Assembly: GCA_034521595.1 (NCBI GenBank)
Contig: JAXHMG010000003.1
Span: forward strand, 1,664,001-1,728,000
Reading direction: 5' to 3'
DNA length: 64,000 bases
From: Gemmatimonadota bacterium
Lineage (GTDB): Bacteria > Gemmatimonadota > Gemmatimonadetes > Longimicrobiales > Gaopeijiaceae
The notes under the pieces were generated by a model, which saw only the letters and a list, made by a program, of their open reading frames with translations, was not told the DNA's origin and made no database searches. Of the stretch, positions 51,390 through 60,615 are shown in pieces; positions within the stretch are counted from its first letter, which is position 1; every line of letters starts with the position of its first letter. The position numbers and the translations under genes were made by a program.

Positions 51390-53131
51390 CCTTCCTCCCG
51401 GAGCGCCCGGTTCACATTGCTGCGCACCACCGGATCCTCGTCTTCCAGTGCCTCCCGAAGCGCGGTCGCCGCATCCTCACTCCCCACGCGGCCGAGCCCC
51501 AGCGCCGCGGCGGCCCGCACTTCGCTGGGCGCCCGCTTTCCGAGGAAGCCCTTCCCGTTCAGCAGCTTGTCGAGCACCCGAACCGCGCCCTCTCCGGCCA
51601 CGGTTCCATACGCCTCGAAGACCGCCACCTTTTCCCCGATATCGGCATTCCGGATCACTTTGCCGTCCACGATGCCGCCGAGTGTCTCGGCGGCAGGGCC
51701 GTAACGGAGCGTGCCCAGGGCCCGCGCGGCGGCGACCCGGACGTCCCGGTCGGGATCGTCGAGCGCATGTTCGAGCGCTCCCGCCACCGTCGAAGCGCGC
51801 AGGCTGATCGCCGCTTCCACGGCCGCCAGCCGCACCGACGGAGCGTCATGGGTGAGAAGCCGCGCCAACGCGGGCCCGGCTTCGGTAACTTGAAGGTCAC
51901 CCACCAGCCGTGCCGCCCCGGCCGCCACGACAGCGTCCTCCTCCTCCTCGAGGAGAGCCAGAACCGCCGAGCGATTCCTGTTCGCGATACCCTGGATCGC
52001 CGCCCGGAGCACCGACCGCAGCTCCTTGTGATCCACCGTTTCCGTGGCGTGGAGAAGCGGCGCGAGCGCTGTCCCGCGCAGGTGGCTCAGGAAATGACCG
52101 AGCTGCGCCGGCGTGGCCCGAATCGTTCCGTCGTAAAGCGCCTTGATGAGCTCCTCCAGGGTCTCCTGCTCGCTCACCCCATCGAGAAGGTCCCGAAGCG
52201 CGGACGCTCCGTGCTCGTCGAGCACTCCCTCCCGACGCTCCAGAGCGCGAAGCTCTTCGAGCACCCGGGTCGCGGCCACGATCGCGCCCCGGCTCAGGAA
52301 ATTCGGGAGGAGGGTGGAGAGGATCTGCAGGATCTCGACCTGGCGCTCGCGATCATCGCGCTCCTCGAGGCGGTCGAGCAGAGCCGAAAGAACGTCGTCG
52401 CGCGTGTCCCTCGCCATCTCCTTGCGGACTTCCGCGCGAAGGGTCTCCATCTCGCGGGGATCGAGCGCATAGAGCGTCGGGTTGAAGTCGTCCTGCTTCA
52501 CCGTCTGGGGCGCCGCGGACTCGTCCGCATCCGCCTCACCGTCGCCCTCCGCTTCCTCGTCCTGCTCGTCCTCGGCGACGAGAACCGCCTGCATCTCCTC
52601 ACCCGTGTTTCCGCTCCCCGGCTCCGGAAGCGCCACGCCTTCGGTCATGAGGTCCACGTACCGATAGGAGAGGAAGCGTAGATCTTCCTCCCACAGCACG
52701 GTGAGGAGATCGTCCCCTTCCGGCACGAGCTTCCGCGCTCGCTGCAAGACGCTCAGGAAGCGCTCGAGCTCCTCTCCTTCGATTCCCGGCAGAAGCGTGA
52801 TCTCACGAACGCCGTCCTTGAAGAAGAGAAACGCCAGCGAGTCCGCGCGGGAATCCGACCGGTAGACCTCGTGACCCTCGAGGAAGAGATGGTCCTCGTC
52901 CACGGTCACCACGATCCGGTCCATTTCACCCCAGAGGCGCTGGAACTCGGACCTCAGGCCCTCCAGAAAACGCCTCCGGACCGGATTGTTGTCGTCGTAG
53001 AGCTGGTATGCTCGGAACGCCTTCCCGAGCGTGACGAAGAGCTGCCGTACGTCGTCGACCGGGAGCTCGTCTTCCCACTGAAGACCGTCCACGTCCGGTG
53101 CCGTTCCGTCCTGCGGGTCCAGCTCGCTCAA
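51386..53131 (-). CDS. HEAT/PBS-lyase repeat protein
   Basis: Repeated L.D.D..VR.AA..ALG units in the C-terminal third, acidic linker, uncharacterised N-terminal domain. Confidence 0.85.
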   Translation of the reverse strand: MSELDPQDGTAPDVDGLQWEDELPVDDVRQLFVTLGKAFRAYQLYDDNNPVRRRFLEGLRSEFQRLWGEMDRIVVTVDEDHLFLEGHEVYRSDSRADSLAFLFFKDGVREITLLPGIEGEELERFLSVLQRARKLVPEGDDLLTVLWEEDLRFLSYRYVDLMTEGVALPEPGSGNTGEEMQAVLVAEDEQDEEAEGDGEADADESAAPQTVKQDDFNPTLYALDPREMETLRAEVRKEMARDTRDDVLSALLDRLEERDDRERQVEILQILSTLLPNFLSRGAIVAATRVLEELRALERREGVLDEHGASALRDLLDGVSEQETLEELIKALYDGTIRATPAQLGHFLSHLRGTALAPLLHATETVDHKELRSVLRAAIQGIANRNRSAVLALLEEEEDAVVAAGAARLVGDLQVTEAGPALARLLTHDAPSVRLAAVEAAISLRASTVAGALEHALDDPDRDVRVAAARALGTLRYGPAAETLGGIVDGKVIRNADIGEKVAVFEAYGTVAGEGAVRVLDKLLNGKGFLGKRAPSEVRAAAALGLGRVGSEDAATALREALEDEDPVVRSNVNRALREEG

Positions 53132-53143
53132 GGGATCATCTCC

Positions 53144-54316
53144 CTACAGGAGGGAGCCCCGGCCTTCGACGCGCGCGACGTGGGCGACATCCTTGTCGCC
53201 GCGCCCCGAGAGCGAGATGAGAACGGGGCCGTCGTACGACCCGCCGTCTTGCAACACGTGCGCCACGGCATGCGCCGACTCGAGGGCGGGAATGATGCCC
53301 TCGAGCTCGGCGAGTCGATGAAATGCGGCCAGTGCCTGATCGTCGGTGACACTCGTGTAGGTCGCCCGTCCGGAGTCCTTCAGGAACGAATGTTCGGGTC
53401 CTACGCCCGGATAGTCGAGGCCCGCCGACACGGAGTGCGCCGGAGCCACCTGACCGTCCACGTCCTGGAGAAGATAGCTCAGCGAGCCATGCAGAACACC
53501 CGGCCTGCCCGCCGCGAGTGAAGCCGAGTGCCTTCCGCTTTCAATGCTTTCGCCGGCCGCCTCCACACCGAGCAGCTCGACATCCTCGTCGGGAACGAAG
53601 GGATGGAAGATGCCCATCGCGTTCGATCCGCCGCCGACACATGCGACGACGACCTCGGGTAGCCGGCCCGCCACCTCGAGCATCTGAGAACGGGCTTCTT
53701 CCCCGATGACGGCCTGGAAGTCCCGGACCATGCGCGGGAAGGGATCGGGTCCCACGACCGAGCCGATGATGTAGTGCGTGGACGCCACGTTCGTGACCCA
53801 GTCGCGGATGGCCTCGTTCGTCGCGTCCTTCAGGGTTCGGGTGCCGGAAGCCACCGGACGCACCTCGGCTCCGAGCAGCTCCATACGGTACACGTTGAGC
53901 GCCTGCCGCTCGACATCTTCTTCGCCCATGTAGACCACGCAGTCGAGGTCGAACAGCGCGCACGCGGTCGCCGTCGCGACCCCGTGCTGTCCCGCCCCCG
54001 TCTCGGCGATGATCCGTCGCTTCCCCATGCGGCGCGCGAGCAACGCCTGACCCACCGTGTTGTTGATCTTGTGGGCCCCCGTGTGATTCAGGTCCTCGCG
54101 CTTGAGGTACACCGCGTCGTTACCCGACGCCTCGCCCAGGCGGCCGGCGTGGTACAAAGGAGTGGGGCGGCCCACGTAGTCGCGCAGCAGAGCCCGAAGC
54201 TCGTCGGCGAAGGCCGTGTCCCGACACGCGGCTTCGTATGCCGCCGCCACTTCCTCGAGCGCCTTCGTCAGCGTCTCCGGTACGTACCGCCCGCCGTATG
54301 CCCCGAATCGGGTCAT
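53144..54316 (-). CDS. trpB: Tryptophan synthase beta
   Basis: [35 protein letters not shown] and SGRGDKD motifs. Confidence 0.98.
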   Translation of the reverse strand: MTRFGAYGGRYVPETLTKALEEVAAAYEAACRDTAFADELRALLRDYVGRPTPLYHAGRLGEASGNDAVYLKREDLNHTGAHKINNTVGQALLARRMGKRRIIAETGAGQHGVATATACALFDLDCVVYMGEEDVERQALNVYRMELLGAEVRPVASGTRTLKDATNEAIRDWVTNVASTHYIIGSVVGPDPFPRMVRDFQAVIGEEARSQMLEVAGRLPEVVVACVGGGSNAMGIFHPFVPDEDVELLGVEAAGESIESGRHSASLAAGRPGVLHGSLSYLLQDVDGQVAPAHSVSAGLDYPGVGPEHSFLKDSGRATYTSVTDDQALAAFHRLAELEGIIPALESAHAVAHVLQDGGSYDGPVLISLSGRGDKDVAHVARVEGRGSLL

Positions 54317-54990
54317 GATGACCGCATTCCTGAATGAAGTCTCGTCTCGGCGATGAACCGCCGCACCTTTTCCCGGTCCTTCCTCCCCGGCTCACCCTCG
54401 ACGCCCGAGGAGACATCCACCACGTCCGGCCGAAAGCGGGTGATCGCTCGGCCGACCGAATCGGGCTTCAACCCGCCCGCGAGCACGAAGGTCAGGTGGG
54501 CCGGAATGCTCGCACGCACACGTTCCGGATCGAGGGCGAGGCGCGCTCCGCCACCTCCCGTGACCCCGGCCTTCCAGCCTTCTATGAGCAAGCCGTCGAC
54601 CCAATCTCCGTAATCTAGCACCGCACGGGCCACGTCCTCGACCGCTCGAGCACGCACGGCCTTCCAAACGGTCCAGGAACCGGCTTCCCGGATCGCACGA
54701 GCCACATCCGGCGGTTCTTCCCCGTGAAGCTGAACCACGGCGGCTTCGGCCCCCTCGGCCAGCGCGACTGCTCTGCCCGGTCGCTCGTCGACCAGAACGG
54801 CCACCCGTGACGGAGCCAGCCCCCGCACCAAGTCCGGGATCTCCGCTTCGGGCACCGACCGCCCGAAACCGGAACTCAGGATGAAGCCGACGAAGTCCGC
54901 CCCGAGCTCCTCCGCGACGAGCGCATCCTCGCGCCGCGTCACGCCACAGATCTTCACCCGTGGCCCAGCCGTGTCGGCCTCACGTCTCAC
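54313..54990 (-). CDS. trpF: Phosphoribosylanthranilate isomerase
   Basis: VKICG, VQLHGEE, LAGGL and DVSSGVE motifs. Start approximate. Confidence 0.95.
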   Translation of the reverse strand: MRREADTAGPRVKICGVTRREDALVAEELGADFVGFILSSGFGRSVPEAEIPDLVRGLAPSRVAVLVDERPGRAVALAEGAEAAVVQLHGEEPPDVARAIREAGSWTVWKAVRARAVEDVARAVLDYGDWVDGLLIEGWKAGVTGGGGARLALDPERVRASIPAHLTFVLAGGLKPDSVGRAITRFRPDVVDVSSGVEGEPGRKDREKVRRFIAETRLHSGMRSS

Positions 54991-55807
54991 TGCGCCGGCT
55001 CCTTGCGACACCCGAAAACGCGTACGCCGCGGCCGTCGGGTCGGAAGCGCGCAAGAGCGTCTCTCCGACCAAGATCGCGTCCACGCCCGCAGCGCCGAGG
55101 CGTTCGACGTCCTCGACGGACCGGATACCGCTCTCCGACACGATCACGGCTCCCGCCGGAGCGTCGTCCAGAAGTCGACACGTGGTCGCCAAGTCGGAAG
55201 TAAAGGTCGACAGGTCACGGTTGTTGATGCCCACCAGATCGGCCCCGAGGTGCGTCGCCCGAGCCAGCTCGGCTGCGTCGTGCACCTCGACGAGCACGTC
55301 CATGCCCAGCGCCCGTGCTTCGGAGTGCAGGGTCCGAAGGTCCTCGTCGGAGAGAATCCTGGCGATGAGGAGCACGGCGTCCGCCCCCTCCCCACGAGCT
55401 TCCAGGATCTGGAGCGGGCTCAGCGTGAAATCCTTGCGCAGGATCGGGATGGAGGTCGCTCGACGCACGTCGGCCAAGTCCTCGAGGGAGCCGCCGAAAT
55501 ACGGACCGTCGGTCAGCACGCTGAGGGCGCGGGCCCCCGCACGCTCGTATCCCGTCGTCAACACGACGGGATCGAGGTCGGGACGGATCTCCCCCGCCCC
55601 GGGCGAGCGCCGCTTGCACTCGGCGATCAAGGAAACGTCGTCGGGGCTCTCGAGCGCGGCCCGGAATCCGCGGAGCGGTGGCGCATCCTCCAACTTCCGC
55701 TCGATCCCGGCACGTCGCGATTGGAGCCGCTCCACCTCCTCCCATTTCGTCCGGACGATGGACGCCAGCACTCCGGGCAACGCTTCGGCGCCTTGCGATT
55801 CCGGCAA
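54980..55807 (-). CDS. trpC: Indole-3-glycerol phosphate synthase
   Basis: IAECKRRSP, SVLTD, LRKDF, GINNRDL and SESGI motifs. TTG start approximate. Confidence 0.95.
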   Translation of the reverse strand: MPESQGAEALPGVLASIVRTKWEEVERLQSRRAGIERKLEDAPPLRGFRAALESPDDVSLIAECKRRSPGAGEIRPDLDPVVLTTGYERAGARALSVLTDGPYFGGSLEDLADVRRATSIPILRKDFTLSPLQILEARGEGADAVLLIARILSDEDLRTLHSEARALGMDVLVEVHDAAELARATHLGADLVGINNRDLSTFTSDLATTCRLLDDAPAGAVIVSESGIRSVEDVERLGAAGVDAILVGETLLRASDPTAAAYAFSGVARSRRSET

Positions 55808-55823
55808 CGTTCTCGTATCCTTG

Positions 55824-55840
55824 CTTCGGTTCTTGTTCGG
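55824..55840. promoter_or_regulatory. Candidate LexA operator (direct repeat)
   Basis: CTTCGG-TTCTT-GTTCGG, i.e. CTTC-N7-GTTC, 27 bp upstream of the lexA ATG. Confidence 0.45.
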
Positions 55841-55867
55841 GTTTCCCGGTGCCCTGGGAGGGCTCTC

Positions 55868-56476
55868 ATGCCGCTCACGAAGCGACAGAAAGAAATTCTG
55901 GACTACATGACCACGTTCATCGACGAACGTGGTTACGCACCCAGCTTCGAGGAAATCGCGGAGTCCTTCGGCTATGGCTCGCTCGCCACCGTCCACGAGC
56001 ACCTCAGCAATCTGGAACGCAAGGGTTACATAAGGAAGTCCTACAACGAGAGCCGTTCGGTCGAGCTGGTGTCCCAGCCGTCGCACCACTCCGCCATCGA
56101 CCTCCCGCTGCTCGGCGCCGTGGCCGCCGGACTCCCGATCGAAGCCATCGAGGACCAGGAGACGCTCGCCGTGCCGCCGGACATGGTTCGGCGCCGCAAA
56201 GACAACTACGTCCTCCGCGTCGAAGGCAACTCGATGATCGAAGAGCAGATCCGCGACGGCGACTACATCGTCGTCCAGTCACAGGAAACGGCGGAGGACG
56301 GCCAGATGGTCGTGGCGCTGCTCGACGGCGAAGCGGCCACCGTGAAGAAGCTCTACCGGGAAGGGGACAGCCGCATCCGCCTCCAGCCGGCGAATCCCAC
56401 GATGGCGCCCATCATCGCCGACGCGCGTGACGTCCGGATCCAGGGCGTGGTCGTGGGTGTCATCCGGAAGTACTGA
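55868..56476 (+). CDS. lexA: SOS repressor LexA
   Basis: wHTH LTKRQ..PSFEEI, VAAG cleavage site, GNSM Ser and TVKK Lys; GGAGG RBS. Confidence 0.97.
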   Translation: MPLTKRQKEILDYMTTFIDERGYAPSFEEIAESFGYGSLATVHEHLSNLERKGYIRKSYNESRSVELVSQPSHHSAIDLPLLGAVAAGLPIEAIEDQETLAVPPDMVRRRKDNYVLRVEGNSMIEEQIRDGDYIVVQSQETAEDGQMVVALLDGEAATVKKLYREGDSRIRLQPANPTMAPIIADARDVRIQGVVVGVIRKY

Positions 56477-56494
56477 AGCCCGGAGGTCTCCAGC

Positions 56495-57529
56495 TCAACC
56501 GGCGGTCGCGTCCCGAAGCCGCTCGAGTGACGCTCGCGCCCTCCCCTCGTCGATCGACGCTTCCGCGACCCGTACTCCTTCATTCCAGTCGGTGACGAGC
56601 CCCGCCGCGAGCAACGCGGCGGCCGCGTTCAGCACGACCGCCGTCCGAGCGGATCCTTCGACTCCAGCGAGCACCCCTTCGATAACGCGGGCATTGTCGG
56701 CGGGCTCGCCACCCTCCAGCCCACCCGGTCCTCCACGCTCGAGCCCCACCGACTCCGGCGTCACTTCGTACTCCCGCACCCCTCCCTCGCCGAGCTCGGC
56801 GACGCGGGTCGCGCCCATGGGGCTCACCTCGTCGACCCCGGGCTCCCCGTGCACGACGAGCGCGCTTCGGTGGCCCAGCTCCGCGAGCGCCCCGGAGAGC
56901 AGTGGAATCAAGCGCGGATCAGAGACTCCGACCACCTGGCGCGTGGCACCCGCGGGATTGGTGAGCGGGCCGAGAAGGTTCATGATCGTCGGGATTCCGA
57001 GCGCGCGTCTGACGGAAGCGACGTGACGCATCGCCGGATGCAGAAGGGGCGCGAACATGAAGACGATCCCGACGTCGTGGAGCACCTCGCTCATCCGCTC
57101 GGGGGAGAGGTCGATGCGTACCCCCAGCGCTTCCAGCACGTCCGCGCTCCCGCTCCTGGATGTGAACGAGCGGTTCCCGTGCTTCGCCACGCGCGCGCCC
57201 GCGCCCGCCGCCACGAGCGCCGCCGCCGTGGAAATGTTGAACGTGGTCAGCGAGCCTCCGCCGGTTCCCGCCGTGTCGACGAGAGTGGCGGCTTCACCCC
57301 CGTGGACGGGGACCATCGCCTTTCGCAGCGCACGCACGCCACCCGCGACCTCGCTCGGAGCCACGCCTTTGGCGCCCAGCCCCATGAGAAGCGCCGCTGT
57401 CTCGGCTTCCGAGACGGAACCCGACATGATGCGGTCGAACGCCGCCTCCGCCTCATCGGGGCTCAGGTCCCGGCGGTCCGCGATCGACTCGAGGAAAAAA
57501 GCGAACTCTTGGGCGGGCAAATCACGCAC
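56495..57529 (-). CDS. trpD: Anthranilate phosphoribosyltransferase
   Basis: DTAGTGG, FNIST, KHGNR, GSADVLEALG and GPLTNP motifs. Start approximate. Confidence 0.96.
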   Translation of the reverse strand: MRDLPAQEFAFFLESIADRRDLSPDEAEAAFDRIMSGSVSEAETAALLMGLGAKGVAPSEVAGGVRALRKAMVPVHGGEAATLVDTAGTGGGSLTTFNISTAAALVAAGAGARVAKHGNRSFTSRSGSADVLEALGVRIDLSPERMSEVLHDVGIVFMFAPLLHPAMRHVASVRRALGIPTIMNLLGPLTNPAGATRQVVGVSDPRLIPLLSGALAELGHRSALVVHGEPGVDEVSPMGATRVAELGEGGVREYEVTPESVGLERGGPGGLEGGEPADNARVIEGVLAGVEGSARTAVVLNAAAALLAAGLVTDWNEGVRVAEASIDEGRARASLERLRDATAG

Positions 57530-57566
57530 GAGGGTCTTCTCCGAGGAGGAAAGAGTGAAGCCTGAA

Positions 57567-57596
57567 ATGCTAATGTGCAAGCGCCTTTTGGGTCAA
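57567..57596 (-). promoter_or_regulatory. Sigma70-type promoter for trpD
   Basis: Minus strand TTGACC-N18-TAGCAT in an AT-enriched intergenic region. Confidence 0.5.
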
Positions 57597-57617
57597 TCAC
57601 CCAGCGAATCGCGTCGC

Positions 57618-57645
57618 TTGACAGACCCCGCTCCGGATCTACCTT
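57618..57645 (+). promoter_or_regulatory. Sigma70-type promoter for the truA operon
   Basis: TTGACA-N16-TACCTT ending 6 nt before the GTG start. Confidence 0.6.
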
Positions 57646-57651
57646 TCCGCA

Positions 57652-58458
57652 GTGGATCCCTCCGACACGACACGGCTGAAACTCACCGTGCATTACGACG
57701 GTTCGGCCTTTCACGGCTGGCAATACCAACCGGATCAGCGCACGGTCCAGGGTGAGCTCCAAGCGACCCTCAGCCGACTTGCGGACAGCCCTCGCGTGGC
57801 CGTGGGTTCCGGCCGGACCGACGCGGGCGTTCACGCCACGGGACAGGTCGCATCCGTCGACATGCCCGCACGTTGGGACGCTCCGACGCTTCGAAAGGCG
57901 CTGAACGCGACGTTACCCTCCGACATCTGGATCCAGTCCGCCGAGGTCGCCCCGGCCCGTTTCCACCCTCGGTTCGATGCAATCGCCCGCACCTACCGCT
58001 ACGACGTGGGTACCGCGAGCCTCGCCGCGTCGCCCTTTCACAGCCGCTGGTGCTGGGTCGTGCCGAGCGTGCTCGATGTCGACCTCATGCGACGTGCCGC
58101 GCAGCGCATCGTCGGCAACCACTCGTTTCGCGCGTTCGCCAAGAGTGGACAGCCCGAGCGGGGCGACCGATGCTCGGTGCACCGGGCCGAATGGACCGAG
58201 TGGTCGCTGGGTCACCGCTTCCAAATCACCGCGGACCGGTATCTTCACCATATGGTCCGCTACCTCGTCGGCACCATGGTCGACATAGGACGAGGGAAGC
58301 GACCGCTCGAGGAGCTCGATGAGCTGCTGGCGGGCGCCCCCCACGTACAAACTTCCCCTCCGGCTCCTCCGGAGGGGCTCTTCCTCGCGCTTGTGGAGTA
58401 TCCTTTCAGCCCCTCCACGGCCGCACCGAAGCTTTCCGGGAGCAACACCGAAACATGA
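57652..58458 (+). CDS. truA: tRNA pseudouridine(38-40) synthase
   Basis: YDGSAFHGWQ, GRTDAGVHA and MVR motifs. Confidence 0.96.
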   Translation: MDPSDTTRLKLTVHYDGSAFHGWQYQPDQRTVQGELQATLSRLADSPRVAVGSGRTDAGVHATGQVASVDMPARWDAPTLRKALNATLPSDIWIQSAEVAPARFHPRFDAIARTYRYDVGTASLAASPFHSRWCWVVPSVLDVDLMRRAAQRIVGNHSFRAFAKSGQPERGDRCSVHRAEWTEWSLGHRFQITADRYLHHMVRYLVGTMVDIGRGKRPLEELDELLAGAPHVQTSPPAPPEGLFLALVEYPFSPSTAAPKLSGSNTET

Positions 58459-59111
58459 AGATCTTCTTGGATACCGCCGACCTCGACGAGATTCGTCGGG
58501 CGACCGACGCCAACCTCATCGACGGAATCACGACCAACCCTTCCCTGGTCTCCAAGGTCGCGGGTGATCGTGATCCCAAAGACATCTACCTCGAAATCTG
58601 CGGGTCCGTCGACGGACCCGTCAGCCTGGAGGTCGTGGGCGTCGACCGGGACGCCATGGTCGAGGAAGGCAGGAAGCTCGCCGCGATCCACGAAAACGCC
58701 GTGGTGAAGGTGCCGCTCACCGAAGACGGCCTCAAAGCTTGCCGGGACCTCGTGAGCGACGGACACAAGGTCAACGTGACGCTCTGTTTCTCGGTCTCGC
58801 AGGCGCTGTTGGCCGCGAAGGCCGGTGCGACGTACGTCTCACCGTTCGTGGGTCGCATCGACGACATCTCCGGCGAAGGCATGCAGTTGATCCAGCAGAT
58901 CCGTCAGGTGTACGACAACTACGGCTTCGAGACCGAGATCCTCGCCGCCTCGCTCCGCCATCCGATGCACGTGGTGGAATGCATGCTGGTCGGGGCCGAC
59001 TGCTGCACCCTTCCGCCCGCGGTGCTCTGGCAGCTGGGGAAGCATCCGCTCACGGACCGGGGACTCGAGAAGTTCCTGGCCGATTGGGACAAGCTCGACG
59101 CGCAAATCTGA
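58455..59111 (+). CDS. fsa: Transaldolase / fructose-6-phosphate aldolase family
   Basis: DTA, GITTNPS, VVKVP, NVTL, SPFVGRIDD and HPLTDRG motifs. Confidence 0.92.
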   Translation: MKIFLDTADLDEIRRATDANLIDGITTNPSLVSKVAGDRDPKDIYLEICGSVDGPVSLEVVGVDRDAMVEEGRKLAAIHENAVVKVPLTEDGLKACRDLVSDGHKVNVTLCFSVSQALLAAKAGATYVSPFVGRIDDISGEGMQLIQQIRQVYDNYGFETEILAASLRHPMHVVECMLVGADCCTLPPAVLWQLGKHPLTDRGLEKFLADWDKLDAQI

Positions 59112-59145
59112 GGAAAACCGCCCGCCTCATCGCGGGGATGGCCAC

Positions 59146-60615
59146 ATGATGAAAATCCGAATCCGGTCGCTGGTCGCGCTCTCGGTGCTCGCTTGTGCGG
59201 GATGCCACGGCGCGGACAACACGGTCGACCAGGAACCCGACCGCGGATCGGCGTTCGCCGCGGAAGCCGGGCTGGCCCAGTCGGGAGTGGCCCGCGCACC
59301 CCGGTCGGCTCGTGGCGTCTCGGACTCCGTGGACGTGAGTCGCAGAACGGCCATCGTGCGCGCCGCGAACCGTGTGGCGCCGGCCGTCGTCAGCATCAAC
59401 GTCATGCGTACGCAGCGTGTTCAGCCGCGGAGCGCGTGGGAGAGCTTCTTCCTTCCTCCCGGTGCCCAGCGAAGGAGCACGGGATTCGGCTCCGGCGTCA
59501 TCGTTCGGGTCGATGGAGCCGAGGGGATCGTCCTCACCAACGACCACGTCATCCGTGACGCCTCGCGGATCCAGGTGTCGCTTCCCGACGGACGAGACTT
59601 CGAAGCGGAGCTCGTCGGCACGGACCCCGTCGCCGACGTGGCGGTCCTCCGCATCGAAGGAGCGGATCTGCCGGTGGCGCCGGTGAGCTCGGTCGAGGAC
59701 GTCATGATCGGGGAGTGGGCCCTCGCGATCGGGAACCCGCTCGGAAACTACGCCACCGACGCCGAGCCCACCGTCACGGCCGGGGTCATCTCCGCCGTCG
59801 ACCGGAACATCGTTCCGTCGTCCGACAGCCGGGGGTTCTACTTCGGCATGATCCAGACCGACGCCTCCGTGAATCCGGGCAACTCCGGGGGGCCTCTGGT
59901 GAACGCGCTCGGTGAGATCATCGGGATCAACGCGTCCATCATCTCCCGGAGCGGCGGGAGCGAAGGGCTCGGATTCGCGATCCCCATCGATCGGGCCCTG
60001 CAGATCGCCGATGACCTCACGCGCTATGGAGAGATCCGGCGCGCATGGGTCGGCGTCGACGTGGAGCCGGTCGACGCGGACGTCTGGGGCCGCACACGCG
60101 GCGTCCGGATCAGCCGGGTCGCGCCGGACTCCCCGGCGGATGACGCGGGCCTCGAAGTCGGGGACCGACTGCTGCGGGGGAACGACCGTGCGCTCACGGG
60201 TCCGTTGGACTTCGAAGGGTTGGTGCTGGATCTCCGCGCGGAGGACCGCCTCGTGCTCGAAGTGGAGGGCCGAAGTGAACCGGTCAGGCTCGTGGCGGCG
60301 CCCTTCCCCTCCGTCACCGCCGAGCGGGTGCGGGTTCTGAGCGATATCGAGCTGATCACCGTCACACCGCAAATCCAGGTGGAACGGAACCTGACGAGCG
60401 CCGACGGGGCGCTCGTCACGGAGATCCCGAGCGAGCTCCAGAGCCAGCTCGGGCTCAGGCCGGGCGACGTGATCGTGCAGGTCAACCGGACCCGCATCCG
60501 TAGCGCGGAGGACGCCGCCAGGGCGTTCGAAGCCGTTCGAGGATCCGGCCGGATCGCCCTCTACTTCGAGCGGAACGGAGATTACAACATGCGCAACTTC
60601 TACTGGAGTGGATGA
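59146..60615 (+). CDS. HtrA/DegP-family serine protease with two PDZ domains, probable lipoprotein
   Basis: GSGVI, TNDHV, D, IQTDASVNPGNSGG motifs; lipobox-like LACAGC. Confidence 0.92.
   Translation: MMKIRIRSLVALSVLACAGCHGADNTVDQEPDRGSAFAAEAGLAQSGVARAPRSARGVSDSVDVSRRTAIVRAANRVAPAVVSINVMRTQRVQPRSAWESFFLPPGAQRRSTGFGSGVIVRVDGAEGIVLTNDHVIRDASRIQVSLPDGRDFEAELVGTDPVADVAVLRIEGADLPVAPVSSVEDVMIGEWALAIGNPLGNYATDAEPTVTAGVISAVDRNIVPSSDSRGFYFGMIQTDASVNPGNSGGPLVNALGEIIGINASIISRSGGSEGLGFAIPIDRALQIADDLTRYGEIRRAWVGVDVEPVDADVWGRTRGVRISRVAPDSPADDAGLEVGDRLLRGNDRALTGPLDFEGLVLDLRAEDRLVLEVEGRSEPVRLVAAPFPSVTAERVRVLSDIELITVTPQIQVERNLTSADGALVTEIPSELQSQLGLRPGDVIVQVNRTRIRSAEDAARAFEAVRGSGRIALYFERNGDYNMRNFYWSG

Noticed and set aside
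54881-56476. 531-aa LexA fusion and a 369-aa TrpC overlapping it
   Set aside because: The extensions are reciprocal antisense read-through; lexA has a clear RBS and ATG at 55868.
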